Source: Octopus vulgaris (Eukaryota). From it: a stretch of DNA of 64,000 bases. The position numbers and the translations under genes are program-made. Positions 12,095 through 24,401 of the stretch are shown piece after piece. The notes under the pieces were generated by a model that was given only the letters and a program-made list of their open reading frames with translations, was not told the DNA's origin and ran no database searches. The first letter of the stretch is position 1, and every line of letters starts with the position of its first letter. The stretch is taken from contig OX597817.1 of NCBI GenBank assembly GCA_951406725.2, positions 125,984,001 through 126,048,000 on the forward strand, in the 5' to 3' direction.

Positions 12095-12312
12095 TGTCTG
12101 TGTTTGTGTGTCTGTGTTTGTCCCCCTACCATTGCTTGACAACCGATGCTGGTGTGTTTATGTCCCTGTTACTTAGCGGTTCGGTAAAAGAGACCGATAG
12201 AATAAGTACTGAGCTTACAAAGAGTAAGTCCCGGGGTCCACTTGCTCGATTAAAGGCGGTGCTCCAGCATGGCCGTAGTCACATGACTGAAACAAGTAAA
12301 AGGGTAAAGAGA
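11879..12312 (+). mobile_element. SINE-A, full length (tRNA-derived, internal (TA)n/(TG)n, LINE-like 3' hairpin)
   Basis: A box TGGCTGTGTAGT and B box GGTTCAGTCCC. Colinear with three other copies in the window. Tail GGCGGTGCTCCAGCATGGCCGTAGTCACATGACTGAAAC. Confidence 0.95.
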
Positions 12313-12954
12313 GATATATTCGCACATATATGTATACATTGACACATGAAAGTAGCCTTATTTGCATAGATAAATGTATACGATCATAAAAATCTGGATC
12401 AGCAAATGCAGATTGCAGTTACCGGCAAATAAAAGCATTGTAAAAATGTGTAAAATGGTCACGAAGTTTATCATTTAATACATTTCACGTGAAGTGACAA
12501 CAAAAAATGCAGGCGAATGCCTCACTCAACATTCAGGCAAAGTCCGCTGAAACAGGTGGCTAAAGAGTGAATAGCGTCCAGTTAATCGGATAATATTCGA
12601 TGCAACACAAACACCCAGAAAATGCACCATTATTACGGAAGTGAATCCATCTCAGTGTATAGAATAAATCGATGAAAGGAATAATGGTTGCAGTATTACA
12701 TTCCCCGCTTTATTGTCTTGATCGTTTTATTTGTTTACTGATTTATTTGTTTATCAAGCGATCTAACTATTGATATATGTGTGTGTGTTTGCTTGTTTGT
12801 GAATGAGTGGGCGAGTGAGTCTGCGTGTGCATATGTACATGCAAAGCAAAGTTTGATAGTAACATTGCTGCTTACATTTATACATTTATTATGCAATTAT
12901 GTATACGTATACACTGGTATTTATGAATGCAGGTATCTTTACTTTTTCTATTTT

Positions 12955-13113
12955 CTCTTTTACTTGTTTCAGTCATTTGACTGCGGCCACTTTGTAAGCC
13001 CGGTACTTATTCTATCGGTCTCCTTTGCCAAACCGCTAGGTGACGGGGACGTAAATACACCAGCATCGGCTGTCAAGCAATGCTAGGGGTACAAACACAG
13101 ACACATAAACACT

Positions 13114-13173
<60 letters not shown>

Positions 13174-13467
13174 AATAAAAGGCCATAATCATTCACCACT
13201 AGAAATAACAGCCAAAAGCTTTAACGCAAAATAACATTAATACCGTAAACCAGAGAAAATTTAAAAACTTTTAGCTTTTCAATTTTCTCCTGGTTTACGT
13301 ATTAATGTTATTTTGCAGTTAAATATTTCTAGTGGGTGAATGGCCTATTATGGCCGTTCCTGATTGTGATGTTGAACGTAAAAATGGTTTATGACTATTT
13401 AATTTTTTCCTACTAGGCCGCTGGTGGCAAAAGAATTCTACAATTTTTTTTTTGCCACCCTATATTG

Positions 13468-13507
<40 letters not shown>

Positions 13508-13677
13508 CATATATACGACAGGCTTCTTTCAGTTTTCGTGTACCAAATCCACTCACAAGGCATTGGTCGGCCCGGGGCTATAGCAGTAGACACTTGCCCA
13601 AGATGCCACGCAGTGGGACTGAAAGCGGAACCATGTGGTTGGTTAGCAAGCTACTTACCACGCAGCCACTCCTGCGC
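12955..13677 (-). mobile_element. SINE-A, minus strand, split by a ~300-bp insertion in its internal microsatellite
   Basis: 3' half at 12955-13110 (with a ~40-nt deletion near 12990) and 5' half at 13510-13677, both matching 11879-12312 in reverse complement. Confidence 0.93.
13171..13368. repeat. ~200-bp imperfect palindrome within the insertion in SINE-A
   Basis: GGCCATAAT-CATTCACC-ACTAGAAATA...GCAAAATAACATTAATAC-CGTAAACCA-GAGAAAATT pairs with AATTTTCTC-TGGTTTACG-TATTAATGTTATTTTGC...TATTTCTAGT-GGTGAATG-ATTATGGCC. Confidence 0.9.
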
Positions 13678-13700
13678 ATATATGGTATATGTATATATAT

Positions 13701-14861
13701 TGTTACGAAACGGAATCACCCGTCGTCGCCCGTCCCGAACGGCTCACACAAGTTCCGCCACGGAACCCAAAGAGGCGGAGAGAGGAGATACAGATAGATA
13801 CTGCCACAACCTCAACAGCACAGAGATACAGAGGCACAACCCGAGATACAACCCAAAGAGGCAAGGCAACAACTGGCAACACTGGCTTATATTCAAACAA
13901 CAGTTTATACGACAATTACAATTGTTACAACATCAAGATACATCAAAGCATGCACGTGACTACTCAATACATAATACAACAGCATTTCAAGAGTACAACT
14001 CAAAGCATAATACAACATCATGTAACAATTCAAGAGTACACGTCCCAAGACAACAGTTCTTTAAAGTCTCTTCCTAAACATCACAATCAACAAGTCCTTT
14101 ACTCTTCTTTCCACTGTTCAATACATCGTGACACGTATCAATGCACAAACACATACCTCAATTCCTAATTGAATCGCCAGTGTCCCATTCCTCTCAATAC
14201 TGCTAAATCCTCTGTACATATCCCTTCTGTGCCGCCAAGCTTTCTCGCATCCCAGCTTGCTCCCAAGAATTCCAACGCTTGCCCCTTAAATCCAAGGTCC
14301 GTCTGTCTTATTCGAGGACCGGCCAGCGACTCCAAGATCCGTCTGTGTTCCTCGACGACCGCTCAACGACTGCCCTTCTTGACGACCAGCTACCAACTAC
14401 CCAGATCCGTCCTTCCTGACGACCAACTGCGAACTGCCCAAAACCTCACCTCCTCGTCCTGACTTCCACTACCTCATCTCCCTCTGTCTATATCGCTCAT
14501 ACCCTTTCTAACTGCTCTCTTAGCCTTATACTCTATCTCTATTCTCAATCTGTCCCTTACTGCTTATAGCCTTTCTATCTGCTCTCTGATCTTACTGCCT
14601 ATCTCTATCACCTGCTGCCTATTACCCTCTATTGACAGCTCTACCATACTCTTTGCCTGTCCCTCTCTGCCCCCTCATCCTCTCTCACGACATATTCAAG
14701 GGGTGTCCAGAGCGACCCCTAATTCACCCGCACAAGGTCACAGGTCATTCCAAAACCCATTAGTCCTCCATTAAACAAAAGACTGTCACTTTTCTACTAG
14801 ACATGCCGGAACCATATCCACGATGTGGGTCAGAAACATTGCACTAGTTAAAATTAAAATG

Positions 14862-14869
<8 letters not shown>
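13701..14869 (-). mobile_element. Probable solo LTR (~1.17 kb) inserted in (TA)n
   Basis: Sharp compositional block with higher GC and strong C/A skew, lying between TA tracts. It starts TGTTAC on the + strand and ends GTAATTATA, possibly a decayed ...TTACA. No gag/pol motif. Orientation is a guess. Confidence 0.5.
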
Positions 14870-14919
<50 letters not shown>

Positions 14920-14950
14920 TATATATATACATATATATAAATATATATAC

Positions 14951-15002
<52 letters not shown>

Positions 15003-17054
15003 GTTTGTGTGTGTGTATGTACTCTTTCGGAGAACTGCCAGTGTCGTCTCTATAGTTGCATAACTTTACGCATGAGAGACTTTGGTTAAAAGAAGCAAGT
15101 AGTAATCGACATAGGTCGCCTCTAAAATCCTTTTATACAAAAGATATGTTCAAAATCACTCTCTAGCAGTTTATGCGCTCATTTCACCTCTCTTCCATCC
15201 CTACATGTCTCCAGTCACAAATATTATAGTTCCAAATATTAAGAATGTAGTCCTCAATTCAGTTAACATTCCTACACTTTTTACTTTCTTTAAGTTTATT
15301 TAAACCACAAATCAGATATTGTTCTCCACCTATGCTGTGATATTAAACCAGTGTCAAAAAATCGAGTAGTAACCATTTCACAAAACCGATAGTTGTGGAA
15401 CTTCAAAGTAAATGTGAGCGTTTCTTTGTGAAAATAATTCATTGTTCTCCACATGAATATCCATTAATGCTTAAAATTAAGACCGGAACTTCGTTCCGTA
15501 TGATTATACATAGACGAAACGCATAAATACACACACACTTACACAAACAGACACACTCTCATACACAAACAAACACACACTCACATGCACACACATTATG
15601 CACACATACACATAATATAAGTAGCTTTCTACATTTGCTTTTCCAATAGTTTGTGTGCGGAGAGAGATTTATTTGCAGTTTCTAGCCGGTTGAAAATCCG
15701 AGTAGAGGGAATATTTTCGAGTATAGATTTTTTCCGTTAAGGCAGACTTGAAGCGCAACATCTTCATTAACCACTAGACAAACGCTTAAATGTTTTGAAA
15801 ATAATATCTTTGCTGCTCTACTGTATAAACTATTGCTGCGATACACATGTTAGATAATTCCTGAATAAAAGAGGCGAAAAAAGAAGCACCAAAATTCATA
15901 TCTCTTCTTAAGCTTTTTAGCGTATTCTTTATTATATGCGTAATATATGCTGTATTTTTACAAAGTGCGATTAAATGCCAGCATCGTGTAATACACAACT
16001 TGTTTTTGGTATTTCTTGAAGATTATTCGCGCTTTCAGGTTTATCAAATCTGATAATGGCTTGAATTGCAAAGACATAGTTACCAAGAAACACATCTATG
16101 GAATACTATGAGATTTTAAAAAAGATTTGAATTTTTTAATCGTAAACATCAATCGAGAATATCAAAATAAAATGAAAACTATCAATACATGTATGATATT
16201 TGCATTAGTTTTGAGTATATTAGTAAATTAAATAAACTTTTTCAAACAGAATTGTTCAGCACTTTTATCTTGTGAATATGCTCACGCAAAATTTCCAATT
16301 TACTTCATTCGGTCTTGTAATCTAAATCCAGCGTACAATTTTATACAGTTTTATAGTAAACTCTGAACCTTACCGTTAGGTTGCATTTGTGAATTTGATG
16401 TGAAAATTCACATATATTTGTTAACACATTCATCGTTATCCTTGAAGAATATAAAATTAACCACCAACCAATATTATATATTTAAAACTTTAATATATCT
16501 TTAAGGTTTTAAGTGTGAGAATGATTAGTCATACTCCCATTTTTATAAGCATGAAAATACTCGGGTAAATGTTAATTAAGATTAAGAAAGGAGTAAAAAA
16601 GAGAACTGAGTCTTTATTCGCATGCCGGCAGAATTCCATCAACGAAAACTCATCAGCATAGCTAAGTCAATAACATTAGTCAACAAGTCACACCCACAAC
16701 AAAAAATAATTACTTGTTTCTTTGAATAGGATATTAATTTTAATAATCTACAGAAATACTTCAATTTATTAGTTACCAACAATAATATAGACATAATTCT
16801 CTGCACGCAAGTCACATCACACTTTTAGAAAATAAGATACAAATTTCAATAAACTGCCAAAACAACCAAATTTTGAAACTAAAAATCAATGAACAAATAA
16901 CAACTCGTATTCTTCACACTTCACTTACATCATTCCATACAGTATTACCTATTCTACATGTCATCTATTAAACGCAAGCATATCACCTTTCAACATTTCT
17001 AAACTCCAGCCAAGCCTAATGTTATGCCCATCTCTTAATCCAACTCATTTCCTG

Positions 17055-17289
17055 TTTACGCCCTTCTACTTAAAATTTGAAAGCAAATGTATACAGTACT
17101 TGATTGGTGACGCGTCTAATTTTATGTTCATTCATTCGTTTTCAAGCACAACTTATTTTATCAAGTGTTTCTAAAGATCACAGACACAAGCTGAATAAAT
17201 ATTTTTTCTTGCTCTACAACAGAAAATATTTACGCCCTTCAGCTCCAGTTCTAAAAGCAAATGTAAAAGCCTGATTGGTAACGCTTCTA
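17055..17289. promoter_or_regulatory. Duplicated ~62-bp module, each copy with an NF-Y-type CCAAT box (TGATTGGT)
   Basis: TTTACGCCCTTC...AAAGCAAATGTA...TGATTGGT(G/A)ACGC.TCTA occurs at 17055-17118 and 17229-17289. The duplication is seen directly; promoter function is inferred. Confidence 0.35.
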
Positions 17290-20200
17290 CCATTTTGTTT
17301 CAAAAAATGCCAACAAACTAACCAAACACAGTGTTAAAACTGCAAACTGTTTGCCATAAATGTATTTAACCAAAATATTTATTGCTGATATACATATATA
17401 CGTAACTTCAAAATTCCTTTTAACTTTTCAAACAGAATTCTTGCAAAAATGTTTGTTACAGAGAACAAGTAAATAAAAGCAAAAAGATAATTAAAAACAT
17501 TATTGTGTTTTTGTGGTCGTTACATGTATGATGTCAACGGTAAATTGTTAACTTACGTTTCCAATAGAATTGTACCCATTCTCTCATTTATACAACAAAA
17601 TAAAAAGCAAAACTAGTTACCTTGATTTCTTTGGGGAGAAAACATTTCCTTTTTTCAACATGGTAGTGATTAAAGTTCTTAACACTGCATGGTTCTTAAC
17701 AAATATTCGATTATCTATTATGTCATAAAATGAATTAGTTTTGTCAATGAAACAATTCACCTTCAGGTATATGTAATGGCATCCAATTTCCTTTCAAAAG
17801 TGTTGCCTATGTATGTACACATAGAAAACACACTGAAGATAATACTGAGCACTCACCACATCTAACCATCATGCCATCATATCCACACACCCATCCACCG
17901 CACAAGTGCATACAAATACATTAAAAAATCATGCGAAATAAATTTAGCACACCTCTCGATAAATATTCTAATGTAGCGAATCGACGAAACTTCACAATTT
18001 TCTCAATGCTGATAATGAATTATGAATGTTCTTTATCTTACTTTAACAGCTGCTTCGAAATAATGACTTGGGAATATATAAATGGTAATTGAGAACTGCT
18101 GAATAATTCTCTAGGCTCTATATCTGTGTACCTTCAAACTACATTTACTCATTAATATTCCAGTAGGCAAATGGCAATTAGCCTTGTAAATGCAAATTCC
18201 CATCACTAACATTAATGCAAATGTTAAGTCAAACGCAATTCAAACAGGCGTTGACATCAATTCCAGATCGTTTCTTGCAGTAGATTTTTCTTTGAACATA
18301 CCCATATCTTCCTATACGTTATTAAACAACACAGTGAAAGAAAAGCAGATAACTCACGGCTGAATTACCTGTGAATAACATAGTTTAAAATTAAGTAAAT
18401 TGATGTGTCGAAAGTAACCAACGGTTGATGTAAATATTAGTGGCGTAATATATGCAACAGACTTTCAGAGCTGAAGAAAAATATAAATTGTATACAAAAT
18501 TGAAATTCAAAATGGATATAATAATACCATTCAGAATTTCTGGAAGCGATTTTTAAAAATCAGAACTACGTAAATCAGTTTTGTATCACTGTGACCTCCT
18601 AAAGGTTGAGTAGACGAACGACCAGATTGTATTTGTGCATCTGATGCAATAATACTGAGGAATAAAATTTTTATTTTTACGTAGAAATTTCTTCATTACG
18701 TCAGTTCATTGAAGTACAGGCTGTAGTTTGAAAATGAATACAAATGAAAAGGTGTTTCATTCTTGTGTTTTTGCAATATATTGTAGCGATGAGTTTATAT
18801 ATAGTATTGGCGCATGTGGTATGACGTGATATACTGTTTGATTATGTTTCTTTTTAATGACGAATTCACATATTTACCAGCTATGGTACTCTCTGTTCAT
18901 ATGTTATAATATGTGTGTGATTTTAATTTTTTAATGCAAGCAGCATCTGTTGTATCTGTGTGGGTGAATTTGTTCCTTCATTGTTCTATAACTAGGTCAA
19001 ATAAAGTATGTAATACCTGCTACTAGCATAACACTATTTCATTTAATAGTTGAAATTCGAGAGTACTATACTTGTGTTGGTGTTTTCGACATTTTAGGAA
19101 TACAAATTCATGAATGGAATTATTTTCGTAATTGTTTAAAGGCTATCCACTCGTTCCTAAATTGTCGAAATCACTATATCGCCGATATAGTCGTTACGGT
19201 GTGTATATTTCGAAATATATTTTATTCTTATGGTAATGATATATATCGACAAAAGTTGTGACATTGCAAACCTTTCTTGCCTCTTGGTGTGTAGGTTGCT
19301 TGAGGCTACAGAAAACAGATTATCATTAGCTGACTATGCATTTGAAATAGGCTGATACAGTAGTACAAGATAATATGGTGCACAAAGCATATCTAACGAC
19401 GGAAAACATAAGCTGCGTTGGTTGCAGTCATATTTGGAATTGTAGAAGAGAAGATAAAGATGGAATCTTTATAAATATAAAATATAAAACAAAAATTTCA
19501 ACACAGACACAGAGTACCTCTCCTAAGATATTTACCTTTCAGCATTCTTAAAACCTGCATTTCAGCATTCACATCATCATTTAGCGCTTTCTGTAAATGG
19601 TGCAATCAACAAGTTAATCTTGCTATCATTGTATTCAGGTGAAGCGCTATAAGTACTGCATGCATATCGACATTAAAAATTCACGTGTGTGTTCATAGTT
19701 TTACAAATGTTTAATATTGATACTGTAGGTGGGCTAAGGATATGTCTTGCAATATATTGTATTTTCACTTACCTAATGTATCTATTTTTGTCCATCCCTA
19801 AATTAATTCAAATATCTATCTATTTTCTACCTGTTCCATTACACCTTGAACAAACTATAATCATCTGTCTCTCCACCATTCTTCTCTCACTCTATACACT
19901 TATACGCACGCGCACCCTCCTATCCACACACAGCATGTATTCATCCATTGTGCATTTTATACACCTCCTTTCTCTCTGTTACTGTTTACGCTATATATCA
20001 ACAACAAACCACTTTTGAAACTTCTCTTCCTCTCTCTCACTAAATGTTGCCTTTCGCATTAGATTTTATGCTTCTCTTGATGAATTCACACTTTCTGCAA
20101 AACCAGTACAAGTTTATATGTTCTGCTGCCATCCACCTCTATTTCTCTCAGTTTCTTCTGTATTCTAAGTCAGCGTCTAGTTGCTGTTGTTTAACGCCCT

Positions 20201-21479
20201 TTAGCTCTCATCTGGCAAATCTCAGCAAGAAATACAGTTGAGGCGTGACCATTTGGACTTTGTACATATTGGAAATTGCAAAGCTTAATATTTGTGTATT
20301 TGCACAGACTTTGGGAAGCAGCTTTTCAGCCAGACCCTGTAACATATGTGTTTATGTGCTCACAACCATGTTCTGTCTCGATCATATTTATTGTATCCTC
20401 CTCACTCAATGTTATCCTGTCAAGTTCACTGTAACTCCATGCGTTGTTGTTTGATATGTTGTATTTATATACTTAATATTAATCCTCTCCACATTCTATT
20501 ATAACATCTAATCTTCCCCTGTTGCTTTAAGTCATTTTCCTACATCACCGTATCCTATCACACATACCATTTTAATAATGAAACTTCCCCTCATCAAAGG
20601 CGTCCCTTAGCATTTAGCACCGCGTCTGTTTACTTGAATCTCAAACGATGCGTCAATCGATGGATGTTTATGCCATTTATTTCCCACTGCAAATAAACTA
20701 TATAGCTACAGATATTTCTTGAGATACACCATTACCTGAACCATAGACATACTAATTTTATACAAATTTGATATTAAATAAATGACAAAACATTCTGTGA
20801 AACATATATACTTCCGAATCTGGAATTTTTATATAGTCATGGCGAAGAATGTTGGATAATTAAGAGAGCTAGCTCTCAATATTTTGGTTCATAAATATGT
20901 ATTTTTTATTTACGTGTTTTTTTTTTATTTTCTCATGGACAGATGTAAATATCAAAGACGCGTTTGCAAACGGGTGTGCATTTATTTAGCCTACTATCGT
21001 TTCAGTACGATTAATATTATACCATTGGACTGGAGCTAATCTGATATATTTCACCGATTTATGAGGGATCAAGTGGCTATGTTGACTTATGTATTGTAGA
21101 TCCAATACGATCAATAGCGATTTATATTATGGATATGTATTTCGCTATATATATATGTCTGCGAGTGTGGGCATGTGAGTGCTGCCTATATATGTGTGAA
21201 TATATGTATGTAATTAGACATATATATTTATATATTTGATTTTCCATTCTTTCATCTTACCCTGCTTTCTTGCCAGATAATTTAAGTTATCTCTTCCTAA
21301 GTCACAGGAGAAATAGAATAATTTTGTCGGACTAACGATTATGGATTAAACATATGTATGCGCATGTACCTCTATTAGGAATTGGTAGATTTATAATAAT
21401 CTGCCGATCATCAATAAACATCATGCTTTAAGTTCCGTATTCCTGTTTGTGTCACCATTTGTAAAAAGATAGATATATA

Positions 21480-21591
21480 GACAGACAGACAGATTAAAGA
21501 CAAGCAGGCTGACAGACATGCAGAGATAGATAGATAGATAGATAGATAGATATATAGATAGATATATAGATAGATAGATAGATAGATAGAC
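21480..21591. repeat. (AGAC)n/(AGAT)n microsatellite
   Basis: Direct reading. Confidence 0.95.
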
Positions 21592-22015
21592 ACACAAGCA
21601 GATTGACTAATAGCAGTACTAGACTTACAGAATCGATCTATCTGATTGATTAAAACTTTCAAGACGGTGCCGCCGAATGAGTGTAGTCCTATGACTGAAA
21701 CATAGAAATAGCTGAATACGCTCGTTAAATTTGTTTCTATATTTCTTTAATTTGTCATGAGAAGACTTTTATCAGTGATTTACTATATATCACTATTTTT
21801 ATTTATATAGATAAGGACAAACATTATAGAAGAATAAGTAGATGTAATATACAAGCATGTTACAATGCAGTAAGTTATGACTAGTCCATGTGTCTTAAAC
21901 GCCTATGCAGCAATAATTTCGGTATCATAGCATATCATTTGAGGGAAATTAGTAATGGCATATATTTTCATATCAGAATAAACAACTGATTTCGCGAACA
22001 CTAAAGGCTGTTGTA

Positions 22016-23240
22016 TTAGGTGATCAAGTATGCGATTTATAGTAAGGTATGTGGTAAATTTCGACAGCTGCTCATTTTGCGCTATTATTATATTTTGACA
22101 ATCTTTGCTTTTTGTTAGAAAGCTGATACATCTATTTCTTTATTCTCATTTTGCGCTTTATAACGTATTTATAAATCATTTTTGCTAGTTTTGTTTATAG
22201 TTGGATAAGTTGGAAATTCATACAGTTTTGAAATATGAGCTCTTTCTTGGAAATACAGCATCACAGACAGCTCGGAATATTAACAGGGTATTTCTTTCTA
22301 ATTTTCTTACACAGCATACAATATCAAACTTCGATTTGATAAGTTTGACCTCACAAATGAGCAACGCGGTCGACAGGAAAAACGGGTGGATAATGACGAA
22401 CTAAAAGCCACTGCCGAGTCAGCTCTATCTCAAAGTGCCCGTGAATTATCGTTGTTGCTTGATGTTAGCAAGCAACAATATTGACTCATCTAGCTCAAAA
22501 GTGAATAAGTTGGATAAGTGGGTTCCACATATACTCAATGAAAATCAGAAACAGCAACGTTTGGAAGCCTGCATTACGCTACATTCTCGTCAAAAAGGAT
22601 TCATTTTTTAATCAAATTGTAATATGTGATGAGAAATGGATCCAATACAACAACGTTCAGCACAATAGCGGGATAAAGACAGGCCACAAAAAACACAGTC
22701 AAAAAGCAACATTCATGAAGAAAAATTGATGGTGTTTGTTTGGTGGTCTGGCGCAGGGGTGATCCATTATCATTTCATTGAGCTTGTCTCATCAATCCCG
22801 GCCGAATTATATTGCACCCAACTAGATCAAATGATGCAGAAACTTACAAAAACGGTGTATATTATTCAACAAATCATTCCTATCTTTTGCAAGACAACGC
22901 CAGACCACACATCGCAAAAATGATATTGGCGAACTTACATGCTTTGGAGTTGGAAGTTCTCTATTATCCACCATACACCCCTGATCTTGCCCCTACTAAC
23001 TACCACTTCTTCCTAAATTTGGGTAACTTTTTGATAGGAAAAGACATAATTCCGACGATGCTGTAAAACAGGCTTACCAAGATTTTATTGACTCAAGATT
23101 GCCAGGCTTTTACAGTTCCGGGGAGCAAAAGTGTATTGACAATATGGTGCACATTTTGATCAATAGAACTGTTCTTAGTATTTATAAAACATTATCAAAC
23201 ATATTTTCCTTTTCTACAAATTTCGTACTTCACGACCTAA
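22016..23240 (+). mobile_element. Mariner (DD34D) transposon, near full length, inactive
   Basis: TIRs TTAGGTGATCAAGTATGCGATTTATAG / CTACAAATTTCGTACTTCACGACCTAA, each flanked by TA. Length 1.22 kb. Confidence 0.95.
22201..23160 (+). pseudogene. Frameshifted mariner transposase
   Basis: Motifs KWVPH (~22517), CDEKWI, LLQDNARPH and YPPYTPDLAPTNYHFF (third catalytic D changed to N) are spread over several frames. Confidence 0.95.
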
Positions 23241-23303
23241 TAATAGAGATTATGATATGCTGCCACATAACAAGCGTAAGTCTTAATTCATTGATAGAAT
23301 TAG

Positions 23304-23463
23304 AATGCCGACCAGGCAGAACCGTTAGCACACCGGGCAAAATGCTTGGTGACATCTTGTCCATTTTCACATTCTGGGTTCAAATGCCACCGAAGTCAAT
23401 TTTGCCTTTCATAATTTCAGGGTCGATAAATTAAGTAGCAGCTGTGTACTCGGTTCAATGTAA
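23304..23463 (+). mobile_element. SINE-B copy (tRNA-derived; central GCCTTTCAT..GGGTCGATAAATTAAGTA domain)
   Basis: Colinear with copies at 30055, 45985(-) and 50318. B-box-like GGTTCAAATGCC. Confidence 0.8.
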
Positions 23464-23682
23464 GAAACGTGATAGAATAAGAAAAATATTTTTAAGTAGG
23501 CATTAAAATTATTGCAATTTACTAGCACTTTAATGTGAATATTCTGCTATTTTCCCCAAGCCTCGTTTTAATTTTGAGGTCAAATGCCACTGACTTGAAT
23601 TTTATCTTTTATCCATTTGTTGTCGATAACGAAACTTAAAAATCACTGCAAATTTACTAAAATCCTGGACTAGACGTCTGGC

Positions 23683-23952
23683 AGTAATATTCCCAGCTAT
23701 CTGTAATGTTGTATTTCCAAGAAAGAACTCATATTTCAAAACTGTACGAATTTCCGACTTATGCAGCTCTAAACAAAACAAGCAAAATACGATTTATTAA
23801 TACTTTATAAAGCGCAAAATGAGAATAAAGAAATGGATGTATCAGCTTTCTAACAAAGAATGAAGATTGTCAAAATATAATAATGGCGCGAAATGAGCAG
23901 CTGTTATACTTTACCACATACCTTACAACAAATTTCATACTTCACGACCTAA
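23683..23952 (-). mobile_element. Inverted 5' fragment (left TIR, UTR and start of ORF) of the same mariner family
   Basis: Reverse complement aligns with 22016-22285. TIR ...TTCATACTTCACGACCTAA is followed by TA at 23953-23954. Confidence 0.92.
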
Positions 23953-24309
23953 TACATACCTATATATACTTATGCTAAAACAAAAAAAAATGAAAGACTA
24001 CCACATTGTTTCGTCGAGATATAATGTGAATGTTAAATATGACCAATATCCTGTTCTAGATGGAACTTCTTAATTTACAGTATTGTACTATTATCATACA
24101 AAGCATTCCATTTATGATCACCCTGTTTCACACCTATTGTGTGTAAGTCTATTGTATTCTTCTATGGAATCCTTTCAGCATAAATAACTGTGAATATGAC
24201 ACGATAGTAATTTCGCCTGTTTCATTCATTTCCTACTCACCCAGATTCTATAAAGTTTGCTCTAGAATTTTGAGCATATGCGTATGTATGTATATATATA
24301 CACATATAT

Positions 24310-24401
<92 letters not shown>

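Noticed and set aside
11794-12342. Recurrent peptide '[19 protein letters not shown]' suggesting a gene family (also 13465, 37988, 63424)
   Set aside because: It is the antisense translation of SINE-A.
13538-14462. Overlapping 97-179 aa ORFs as a novel gene
   Set aside because: They start in SINE sequence and run through a compositionally skewed LTR-like block, with no domain motif.
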